From Candidatus Uhrbacteria bacterium (GTDB lineage: Bacteria > Patescibacteriota > Patescibacteriia > JACPHY01), in assembly GCA_016188355.1 (NCBI GenBank), contig JACPHY010000010.1, forward strand, positions 1-17,896: DNA of 17,896 nucleotides. Direction: 5' to 3'. The notes beneath the pieces were generated by a model. It did no database searches. It had not been told where the DNA came from and saw nothing but the letters and a program-made list of their open reading frames with translations. A program made the position numbers and the translations under genes. The first letter of the stretch is position 1; every line of letters starts with the position of its first letter. Shown piece after piece: positions 1 through 6,092 of this stretch.

Positions 1-1044
1 CTCTGCCTCTTCGTGCATTTCGCGTGTGCGAATCTGGAATTCCACAGAATCCTCGTTGGTGACGGCAACGGTGGTATGGAGGGATTGGTATCCGTTCGGT
101 TTTGGGTGGGCAATGTAATCTTTGAGTCGATCGGGCAGTGGTTGCCAATGTTGATGGACGATACTGAGTACGGTGTAACAGTCCGCAACGTGTTCTACGA
201 TGATGCGGAGCGCGAGATGGTCGTAGATCTTGGTGATGTCACGGTCCAGTCGGATGAGTTTTTGGTACAGGCTGTATCGGTGCTTCATGCGCGCCTCAAT
301 AGAAACGACGGGCACATGCGCATCGGCGAGGACCCGTGCGGTCGTGTGCCGCAGTTGTTCGCAGAGCGCACGGCGGGACGGAGTCTCGAGTGTGGTGATG
401 AGCGATGCGATCCATCGCGCATCCTCGGGGTAGGCGTAGGGAAAGGCGAGATCTTCGAGTTGTGCTTTGATTTCATACATACCCAAGCGGTTGGCGATGG
501 GCGCATGAATCTCGAGGCTCTCGCGTGCGATACGCATGCGTTTTTTTTCGGGCACGTATTGAATGGTCTCGAGGTTGTGGAGACGGTCGCAGAACTTAAT
601 GATGATGACACGGATATCCTTGGCCATCGCCACGAACATCTTCCGAAGATTTTCAATATACCGCGCCTCTCCGTGGAGACGAACGGTACTCGTTTTGGTG
701 ACCCCCTCGACCAGCGAGGCAACCTCGCGTCCGAATTCTCGGCGAAGATTTTCGGCGCTTCGGTCGGCATCCTCAATGACATCATGGAGGAGCCCCGCAG
801 CGATCATGGCGGCGGAAACACGCATGTTCGCGAGTCGTTGCGCCGTACCCACAGGATGCACAATGTACGGATGCCCCGAATATCGAAGTTTTCCCGCATG
901 CGCTGCGGCAGCGTATGCGTACGCATGGGCGATGAGGGCGAGATCATCCGCAGGAAGATACGTGCGAACCGTAGCGAGCAAAGCGTCGACGTCTCCTTGC
1001 TCATGCGTCGTTTGTGGATCATGGACAACTGTTGGTGCAGTCAT
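1..1044 (-). CDS. rel: Bifunctional (p)ppGpp synthetase/hydrolase of the Rel/SpoT (RSH) family. Only the N-terminal 348 aa are present; the gene runs off the left edge of the window.
   Basis: I translated the minus strand by hand from the ATG at 1044..1042; the frame stays open to position 1. The product begins MTAPTVVHDPQTTHEQ...HPYIVHPVGTAQRL...AAGLLHDVIEDA, which is the HD hydrolase motif. It continues ...RYSLYQKL...ALRIIVEH...GYQSLHTTV, the RelA/SpoT nucleotidyltransferase signature. This ORF is absent from the six-frame track because it has no stop codon inside the window. The plus-strand ORF 13..1101 is its shadow. Confidence 0.85.
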   Translation of the reverse strand, partial: MTAPTVVHDPQTTHEQGDVDALLATVRTYLPADDLALIAHAYAYAAAAHAGKLRYSGHPYIVHPVGTAQRLANMRVSAAMIAAGLLHDVIEDADRSAENLRREFGREVASLVEGVTKTSTVRLHGEARYIENLRKMFVAMAKDIRVIIIKFCDRLHNLETIQYVPEKKRMRIARESLEIHAPIANRLGMYEIKAQLEDLAFPYAYPEDARWIASLITTLETPSRRALCEQLRHTTARVLADAHVPVVSIEARMKHRYSLYQKLIRLDRDITKIYDHLALRIIVEHVADCYTVLSIVHQHWQPLPDRLKDYIAHPKPNGYQSLHTTVAVTNEDSVEFQIRTREMHEEAE

Positions 1045-1052
1045 GCTCCGTC

Positions 1053-1081
1053 AGAATACGGCGGCCATTGTGCCCCGTCAA
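1053..1081 (-). promoter_or_regulatory. Candidate sigma70-like promoter for rel: TTGACG, a 17-nt spacer, then TATTCT. It lies so close to the ATG that the mRNA would be nearly leaderless.
   Basis: The minus strand reads TTGACGgggcacaatggccgccgTATTCTgacggagcATG. The -35 element is the reverse complement of 1076-1081 and the -10 element is the reverse complement of 1053-1058. The only SD-like GGAG sits 1 nt from the ATG, which fits a leaderless transcript. Confidence 0.3.
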
Positions 1082-1100
1082 CGCGTACGAGTATTGCGTA

Positions 1101-1133
1101 ACGAAAAACGGGCATCACGATTGGTGGTGCCCG
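1101..1133 (-). terminator. Rho-independent terminator of the 418-aa hypothetical gene.
   Basis: On the minus strand, 5 nt after the TAA stop at 1140..1138, the sequence is CGGGCACCAccaatcgTGATGCCCG followed by GUUUUUCGUU. This forms a 9-bp stem with one G-U pair. The stem and U-tract are visible on the plus strand as the acgaaaaa run at 1101-1108 next to the stem at 1109-1133. Confidence 0.5.
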
Positions 1134-1137
1134 TCCA

Positions 1138-2394
1138 TTAGCTGACTATTGTTCCTCGTTTTTTGGTGAGGATGAGCCTTCGACAGTCTCCGCGAATCCG
1201 ATCGCTACTCCAGGGGACTTGGTAGTATTGGGTTGGGAAGTAGACCGGAAAGAAGAGGCGGAGGAGTTGGCGCAGACGATAGCGGAACCAGTTCTCTTCG
1301 CCCCGGGAGTACCAGAGATTCAGGTAGTCGCGGATATGCATGATCTGGACTTCCCACGGACCGCTTTGATCATCGAATTCTCCGTAGAGTTTCATTGCAC
1401 GGAAGTACGAACCAGAAAATCGATTGAGTGCCCGCTGGGAAGTCTTGGTGTAGCGATCGTTCCACCCGGCAGTCCAAAAGCCGAAGCGAGGAAATGTCTT
1501 CGCAAGTGTTTCGTAACAGGTGATGCGATCGTCATGCGACCAGCAGGCGATGCGGATTCCGCGGATATCCTCCACCCATTCCGGGAACGAGATATTATCG
1601 CGGAGCATGTGTAGGATGATGCTGAACGGTGTTTTCACGCGATACTGGATGAGACAATCGATCGCACGTTTGCACGTATCCTGGAATTGACCGACGTCCG
1701 GGAGGGTGATGGATTGCCACCCTGCTTTTGGGGTGAAGGAAACGTCGAGACAGCGGCCTTCCGGGTTCTTCCCTTCCACGTTGGTAAAATTCGCAAATAT
1801 CGTTCGTTCGTTCGGCAGTTGGGTGATCAACTGCTTCTGGAAGAGGTCCTGCACATACGAGTACGCATCGAGGCTCCTCTTGTAGAAGGACGGTGTCGAA
1901 GCCCCCAGATAGCCGCCGTATCGGATGCGGAGGATGAGCATGGCGAGATGATGGAGGCGGCGCGCCTCGAACGATAGGCGCCGCTGCTCCTCGCGATCAG
2001 ATTTCGGCATCATGATCGCAAGGAGTTCATTGAGAGAGCCTGGCGGTTCATGGATTACCGTATTCCGGCGAATGGTCTTCGCGTGTTCCTCCGGAATCCA
2101 TTGTTCGATCTGTTGCGCGAGCATGGTGTGCGCTTCTCCGATGGCACCGCCAATCGCACGTTCGGCATTTTCCTCGGGAGGAATAAATGGGAATGCGCCC
2201 TGCATGAGCCGCAACGCTCCTTCGGGGTGTGCCTGCCGTTCCCGGATGAGCGATTCGAAGAGTCGAATGTTGGTGTAGTCGAATGTGCGATGTTTGCGAA
2301 GCTGCTGGAGTGCACCTTCGTCCATGTCGATTCTGCTTGCGAGCAGCGGGTGCGCCATGGGGTCGCGCGCCAGCCGTCTCCGTGTTTTGGTCAT
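1138..2394 (-). CDS. Hypothetical protein, 418 aa, rich in Trp and Tyr, with no recognisable family.
   Basis: This is a long ORF with non-repetitive, protein-like composition, e.g. ...WSHDDRITCYETLAKTFPRFGFWTAGWNDRYTK...NLWYSRGEENWFRYRL.... A strong SD precedes the start: gacgaGGAGGcgccATG. It has its own terminator and a long upstream leader. The plus-strand ORFs 1219..1614 and 1687..1977 are shadows. Confidence 0.75.
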   Translation of the reverse strand: MTKTRRRLARDPMAHPLLASRIDMDEGALQQLRKHRTFDYTNIRLFESLIRERQAHPEGALRLMQGAFPFIPPEENAERAIGGAIGEAHTMLAQQIEQWIPEEHAKTIRRNTVIHEPPGSLNELLAIMMPKSDREEQRRLSFEARRLHHLAMLILRIRYGGYLGASTPSFYKRSLDAYSYVQDLFQKQLITQLPNERTIFANFTNVEGKNPEGRCLDVSFTPKAGWQSITLPDVGQFQDTCKRAIDCLIQYRVKTPFSIILHMLRDNISFPEWVEDIRGIRIACWSHDDRITCYETLAKTFPRFGFWTAGWNDRYTKTSQRALNRFSGSYFRAMKLYGEFDDQSGPWEVQIMHIRDYLNLWYSRGEENWFRYRLRQLLRLFFPVYFPTQYYQVPWSSDRIRGDCRRLILTKKRGTIVS

Positions 2395-2580
2395 GGCGCC
2401 TCCTCGTCCATTTGCGCGTGCAATTGCGGCGTGGCGACGAGATCCGAATGGCTCTCATCGCGTCCCGCGCGTGGTGAATTGGAAATGATCGTCCCCGCCA
2501 ATCGAGCGAAGGTGCACTCACTGTACGGAAGATCAAAATCTCTGTCAATGGCCTGGCATGAATGGTGGCTACGGACAAAT

Positions 2581-2634
2581 ACATACAAAACACGACCCAC
2601 TCGACTGTGTACGAGCGGGTCGTGCCTGTTTTCT
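2581..2634. terminator. Bidirectional intrinsic-terminator-like hairpin.
   Basis: The stem is cacgacccactcg (2591-2603) with loop actgtgta, then cgagcgggtcgtg (2612-2624). That is 13 bp with one mismatch. On the plus strand it is followed by cctgttttct. On the minus strand it is followed by UUUUGUAUGUAUUUGUC. Confidence 0.45.
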
Positions 2635-2652
2635 GAGCGTCCCGTTGCCGGA

Positions 2653-2668
2653 AACTCAAACATTCACA
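2653..2668. repeat. Direct repeat copy 1: AACTCAAACATTCACA.
   Basis: An exact 16-nt match to 2741-2756, about 88 bp away, lying in noncoding DNA. Confidence 0.6.
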
Positions 2669-2740
2669 AATTGACTATACGTGCGGGAGGCGTGCTTGTC
2701 AAGCTGGGCGTCTGTGGATCACCATGGAGTGGGGAGGCAG

Positions 2741-2756
2741 AACTCAAACATTCACA
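2741..2756. repeat. Direct repeat copy 2: AACTCAAACATTCACA. It sits in the loop of an imperfect hairpin (ggggaggcag...ctgtcctcccc) and is followed by CTGTTTTTT.
   Basis: An exact 16-nt match to 2653-2668. The flanking arms GGGGAGG and CCTCCCC are inverted. A T6 run follows at 2760-2765. Confidence 0.6.
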
Positions 2757-2841
2757 CTGTTTTTTGGGTCCCCTGTCCTCCCCTTTATCCTCACGCGCAG
2801 GCCCGCGTGATTTGAAATTATAGGGTAAAGCTTTGCAGCAG

Positions 2842-2872
2842 AGCGCCCGTTCCAGGCAGTGGAACGGGCGCT
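2842..2872 (-). terminator. Hairpin that probably terminates metK. The stem is perfect (12 bp) but the U-tract is weak.
   Basis: agcgcccgttcc / aggcagt / ggaacgggcgct lies 45 nt downstream of the metK stop at 2918. Downstream on the minus strand the sequence is cugcugcaaagcuuu. Confidence 0.4.
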
Positions 2873-2917
2873 TGTGGTTGCTTCACGCACGCGGATCATC
2901 GAGCTAGCAGTGCTCCT

Positions 2918-4096
2918 TCATGCTCCTTGCGTGCCAGATCCGGGTGACCATCGCTCCCAGGGGAGTTCCGGATCGCCGAAGTGCCCCCACGTGGCGAGAT
3001 GTTCCCAGCGCATGGCGTGGAGCTGCAGGTCGCGGAAGGTGCCGGCGATGGAGCAGTCGTACCCGGAGAGCCACCGGCGCGCAAATACGGGATCCGCTCG
3101 TTTCCAGGTGAGCGTGTGTGCTGCGGGATCATGCGTGCCAAACTGTATCTCCGACCATCGCGGGTTGGTGTCTCCCGGAGCGTAAGCGAGGTGCACGAGC
3201 GCGCGTTCGGCTACGCCGGCCATGACGAGGTGCTTTGCGATCTGACGCGCGCGCAGCGCGGCGGTGCGATCGATTTTGTGCGGGTCTTTCCCGGAGAGCG
3301 CACCCCCGCCGATTGGTACGTGCGGACCAAATGCGTCCACGACGAGCTTTTTTCCGGAGAGTCCGTTATCGCCTTCCGGCCCGCCGACCGCGAAATCGCC
3401 CGCGCCATTCACGAGGAGCGCGTCCGGATGTTCCTCCCAGGTGAGCGCGGGAATCGACGCGAGCCGCTGCTGGGCCGCTGCGCGGACGCGTTTTACGGCA
3501 TCAATGATGTCGACCGTCCCCACCTTCGGATGATGTTGCACGGAGCAGCTCATTGCTTCGATGTTGCAGCGTGCTTGGTGGCGCGTGCCGTCCCATTCGT
3601 CCCGAGCGACGATGAGTATTTTGCCGTCCGGTCCAAAGAGCTTCGGAGCGCTCCGTCGCTCACGATCGAGTTCCTCCGCGCATACGCGGGCAACTCGGTG
3701 CGCGGTGGGGAGGTAGTGTGTTTCCGGTTGTGCCTCCGCGTACCCGGTGACGATGTTTTGATCATCCGCGAGACGACGAATGTCGCGTTCCTCGGGTCGG
3801 AAATCGCCGAGGCAGAGATCCTGCAGGATGTGGAGGTGCTCGGGATTTGGTCCGAAGGTAGCACCGTATCCGCTCGTCGTGCAGATGCGGCGTGCGATGC
3901 GATCGACATCGATGGATTCCGCGCCCGGGCATGCGATGCGTCCATCGATGAAGACGTGATCGCGATGGACAGCGACCTCAATGCCGACGAGTGCATCGGT
4001 GTCGCGGGTGAGTGCGGCGTCCACAAGTGCGTCCGCAATGCGATCGCTGAGCTTATCGGGGTGTCCCGGGAGAGTGCATTCGGCGAAGGTGCGCAT
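2918..4096 (-). CDS. metK: S-adenosylmethionine synthetase (methionine adenosyltransferase).
   Basis: The N-terminus reads MRTFAECTLPGHPDKLSDRIADALVDAAL, where GHPDK is the MetK hallmark. Further in, ...GGGALSGKDPHKIDRTAALRARQIAKHLV matches the MetK GGGAFSGKDPTKVDRS P-loop. I chose the start at 4096 because GGAGGA lies 4 nt upstream. An in-frame ATG at 4108 (MEDPMRTF) is an alternative. The track ORF extending to 4303 (MASAPHH..., rich in P/R/T) is an unlikely N-terminal extension. The plus-strand ORF 2981..4243 is a shadow. Confidence 0.9.
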   Translation of the reverse strand: MRTFAECTLPGHPDKLSDRIADALVDAALTRDTDALVGIEVAVHRDHVFIDGRIACPGAESIDVDRIARRICTTSGYGATFGPNPEHLHILQDLCLGDFRPEERDIRRLADDQNIVTGYAEAQPETHYLPTAHRVARVCAEELDRERRSAPKLFGPDGKILIVARDEWDGTRHQARCNIEAMSCSVQHHPKVGTVDIIDAVKRVRAAAQQRLASIPALTWEEHPDALLVNGAGDFAVGGPEGDNGLSGKKLVVDAFGPHVPIGGGALSGKDPHKIDRTAALRARQIAKHLVMAGVAERALVHLAYAPGDTNPRWSEIQFGTHDPAAHTLTWKRADPVFARRWLSGYDCSIAGTFRDLQLHAMRWEHLATWGHFGDPELPWERWSPGSGTQGA

Positions 4097-4112
4097 GGGG
4101 TCCTCCATTCGA

Positions 4113-4143
4113 CTCCGACTCACGAAGGATTCGCGAGTCGGAG
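4113..4143 (-). promoter_or_regulatory. Perfect 9-bp hairpin in the metK 5' leader, positioned just upstream of the SD.
   Basis: On the minus strand the structure is CUCCGACUC gcgaauccuucgu GAGUCGGAG, followed by tcgaatGGAGGAccccATG. Confidence 0.35.
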
Positions 4144-4148
4144 GGAAT

Positions 4149-4175
4149 GGGCGATGCGTTGGAGTCGCATCGCCC
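4149..4175 (-). terminator. Perfect 10-bp GC-rich hairpin 4 nt after the stop of the VWA/peptidase gene. It is a candidate terminator or attenuator separating the four-gene module from metK.
   Basis: gggcgatgcg / ttggagt / cgcatcgccc. No clear U-tract follows on the minus strand; the next bases are auucccucc. Confidence 0.35.
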
Positions 4176-4179
4176 GCCG

Positions 4180-5568
4180 TCATGGGGCAAGGAGCGGTAG
4201 TTCGGTGAGTTCCTCTGCGATAGGTTGGAGGTCGGGGAGATAACCGTTCGGGGTGAGTGCGACGCGGATTCGGAGTTTCGCGGTGATGAGGCGCGCTCGC
4301 CATTCGCGGGTGGGTGGGCCGACGTATCCATCTGTCATGATGAGGATTTTTTGGAATCCCTCCTGGAGCGCGTGCTCCCAGATGCAGACGGCATCGGTAC
4401 CGCTGGTGGACGCGCAGGTGCCGGCGGCGAGCTGCGCGGTGGTCATCTCGTGGATTTGCTCACTGAAGGCAAACAGACGCGCGCGACGTTGCTGCACGTA
4501 CGGATGGACGAGTCCAGCAAAGAGGTTCCAGTACGGTCGTGTGCTGCCGCTCACGTCGATGTAGATCGAAGTGATGCCGCGGGCGTCCGTGATCTGTTGC
4601 GCGGGAATGACATTGCGGAAGATGAGCGGCGACCAACCGCCGGCGCTAGCAACCAGTGCGCGGCGATCGCGGAGCGTGGGAATGGGGGCCTCGATGGAGC
4701 GATCCGTGCATGCGCGATGGCGATGGGTTACCGCCCCCTTCACCTGCGCTTCCGCCATGGTGCGGAGCATCCGTCGGAGCACCTGCTGTGCACTCAGGGG
4801 GACGGGCGTGCGTTCGAGGAGGATGTCGCGAATGTCGCCCCCCACACTGCGTCCGCGAATGGGATCGGGTGGCATGGGCCATTTTTCCACAATCGATCGC
4901 ACCATGCCGTTCAGGAGGGGATGATGGGAGGCGGATTCCCCGCGACCTTCCGTATCTTCCGGGGAGTGATCTCCTAGGAGCACGGGCATCCTCGCTTCTT
5001 TTCCGATGCATTCGCGTAGCTGCGGGTCCTCCTGGAACAGCCGATAGACTTCGTCGTAGGTGCCGCTTGCTTCGGAGTAGAGGGTGCGGATCATGTGTTG
5101 CACGGGACGGGGGAGCGTTTTGGGAATCTGTATCTTTTTCGGCCATCCGGGTGGCGGACGGAGGAGCGCGGCGGGGAATTGATCTGCAGCGGAGAATTGG
5201 GTGAGAAAGGACGTGTAGATCGGTTCCGGGAAGAGCCGTGCCAGGATCGCATTAATGATTGCATCGAACACGATATTGTCGACCGGCGTCATGCGCGGGA
5301 AGAGTCGCGTGTGTCCGAGGAGGACATGGTGCAGTTCATGCATGACGAGCATGAAGAGATGCTCATCGGTTTTGCAGTATGCCGCGATGAAGTCCGGATT
5401 CAGGAGGAGCTTCGGCGCGGAAAGGCACTCCACGGCTGCACTGGGCACCGTCCACGATTCCACTACGTCGGTGAGCCGGAGGAAGGTATCGAGGGCGTAG
5501 TGTCCCGCAGGAAACGCCGAGAGTATCCGATGTCGGAGTGCATCGCTCGCGCGGCGATCCGCCATCAT
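4180..5568 (-). CDS. Fusion protein with an N-terminal HExxH zinc-metallopeptidase-like domain and a C-terminal von Willebrand A (VWA) domain. This is the DUF2201_N + DUF2201 architecture, the usual partner of MoxR/CbbQ-type AAA+ ATPases.
   Basis: The N-terminal half contains ...YCKTDEHLFMLVMHELHHVLLGHTRLF..., with HELHH as the HExxH motif. The C-terminal half contains ...ITSIYIDVSGSTRPYW... (a DxSxS MIDAS motif) and later ...STSGTD... and ...ILIMTDGYVG..., the VWA beta-strand motifs. The start MMADRR at 5568 overlaps the TGA of the upstream gene as ATGA, and GGAG lies 9 nt upstream. The 126 codons of the track ORF (4180..5946) upstream of this start are not used. ORF 5095..5934(+) and the ORFs at 4225-5204(+) are shadows. 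Confidence 0.8.
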   Translation of the reverse strand: MMADRRASDALRHRILSAFPAGHYALDTFLRLTDVVESWTVPSAAVECLSAPKLLLNPDFIAAYCKTDEHLFMLVMHELHHVLLGHTRLFPRMTPVDNIVFDAIINAILARLFPEPIYTSFLTQFSAADQFPAALLRPPPGWPKKIQIPKTLPRPVQHMIRTLYSEASGTYDEVYRLFQEDPQLRECIGKEARMPVLLGDHSPEDTEGRGESASHHPLLNGMVRSIVEKWPMPPDPIRGRSVGGDIRDILLERTPVPLSAQQVLRRMLRTMAEAQVKGAVTHRHRACTDRSIEAPIPTLRDRRALVASAGGWSPLIFRNVIPAQQITDARGITSIYIDVSGSTRPYWNLFAGLVHPYVQQRRARLFAFSEQIHEMTTAQLAAGTCASTSGTDAVCIWEHALQEGFQKILIMTDGYVGPPTREWRARLITAKLRIRVALTPNGYLPDLQPIAEELTELPLLAP

Positions 5569-6092
5569 GGCAGGATCTCCGCGAGCGCGACGATGCGCGG
5601 ATCGAAGGTAACGAGCTCGCGGAGCAGGAGCTCTGGCGTCACGTTGGGTGTTTTCGATGCGATGAACAGGCGGTCGGATGTTTTTGCGAGGATTGCGAGG
5701 GTGAGGGGGAGATCGCGGATGCGTCCCCAGCGAAAGGGGCGATTTAGGTTTTCTCGTATGACGGATCCCTGCTCTTGGAATATGATGCATCCCACGAATC
5801 GTTGCGCACAGATAGTGGCGTCGGCAATGGCGCAGAGGGCTTCGGCGTCGTCTTGCGCTGCGGAGACGTGTTTGGCGACCAGACTCCGGAGGCCTCGACA
5901 TACCGTATTCGGATGTCGCGTCATGATGATGTGATTCGCATTGCACGCTTCCTTCAGTGAGACGCGCACGGCGGTACGTCCCCGTACCGCGGCACCCGAT
6001 GCGGTAGTTTTCGAGGGCAGCGGCTTGACGGTGACGGTCGATCTCGACGCGCCGCTCATGTTGTGGGCGAGCGATTGTGTATCGGCGGTCAT
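5565..6092 (-). CDS. Hypothetical 175-aa protein with a Ser/Thr/Ala-rich disordered N-terminus followed by a globular domain of about 120 aa. It is an inserted middle gene of the AAA+/VWA module.
   Basis: The start ATG at 6092..6090 overlaps the TGA of the AAA gene at 6091..6089 as ATGA. Its own TGA at 5567..5565 overlaps the next ATG at 5568..5566, again as ATGA. The sequence is MTADTQSLAHNMSGASRSTVTVKPLPSKTTASGAAVRGRTAVRVSLKEA...CRGLRSLVAKHV...ELLLRELVTFDPRIVALAEILP. I treat the 16 upstream codons in the track ORF (to 6140) as non-coding overlap with the AAA gene. Confidence 0.6.
   Translation of the reverse strand: MTADTQSLAHNMSGASRSTVTVKPLPSKTTASGAAVRGRTAVRVSLKEACNANHIIMTRHPNTVCRGLRSLVAKHVSAAQDDAEALCAIADATICAQRFVGCIIFQEQGSVIRENLNRPFRWGRIRDLPLTLAILAKTSDRLFIASKTPNVTPELLLRELVTFDPRIVALAEILP

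Larger units (their letters stand above)
2586..2822 (-). ncRNA. Candidate small RNA or cis-regulatory leader of roughly 230 nt, running from a TATAAT -10 box to the intrinsic terminator and carrying both repeat copies. This is speculative.
   Basis: The minus strand has a perfect TATAAT (the reverse complement of plus 2817-2822) but no good -35 element. The transcript would contain UGUGAAUGUUUGAGUU twice and end at the 2591-2624 hairpin followed by a U-tract. No protein-like ORF is present: the only candidate, ORF 2391..2663, is low-complexity and R/S/H-rich. Confidence 0.25.

Noticed and set aside
13-1101. 362-aa plus-strand ORF (and the nested ORFs 230..433, 563..1141, 285..785(-), 804..1028(-)).
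   Set aside because: Antisense or out-of-frame shadow of the rel/spoT gene. Its composition is not protein-like. Only the minus-strand frame carries the HD and RelA/SpoT motifs.
2391-2663. 90-aa minus-strand ORF covering the repeat and terminator island. Its stop overlaps the ATG of the 418-aa gene as ATGA.
   Set aside because: The product (MFEFPATGRSENRHDPLVHSRVGRV...) is low-complexity. Any read-through in that frame must stop at the TGA inside ATGA, so the overlap is not informative. It also spans an obvious terminator hairpin.
2981-4243. 420-aa plus-strand ORF opposite metK.
   Set aside because: High-GC antisense shadow. MetK motifs (GHPDK, GGGALSGKDP) occur only in the minus frame.
4097-4300. 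SAM-I (S-box) riboswitch upstream of metK.
   Set aside because: The leader is only about 83 nt and partly overlaps the VWA coding sequence. I could not find the S-box four-way junction or its conserved stretches; only a GAUGA-like fragment is present.
4180-5946. N-terminal extension of 126 aa on the peptidase/VWA ORF (MQCESHHHD... through ...ARGDPA, rich in R/P/H).
   Set aside because: Low-complexity basic sequence that overlaps the upstream gene. The ATGA-coupled MMADRR start at 5568, with GGAG at -9, is far more plausible.
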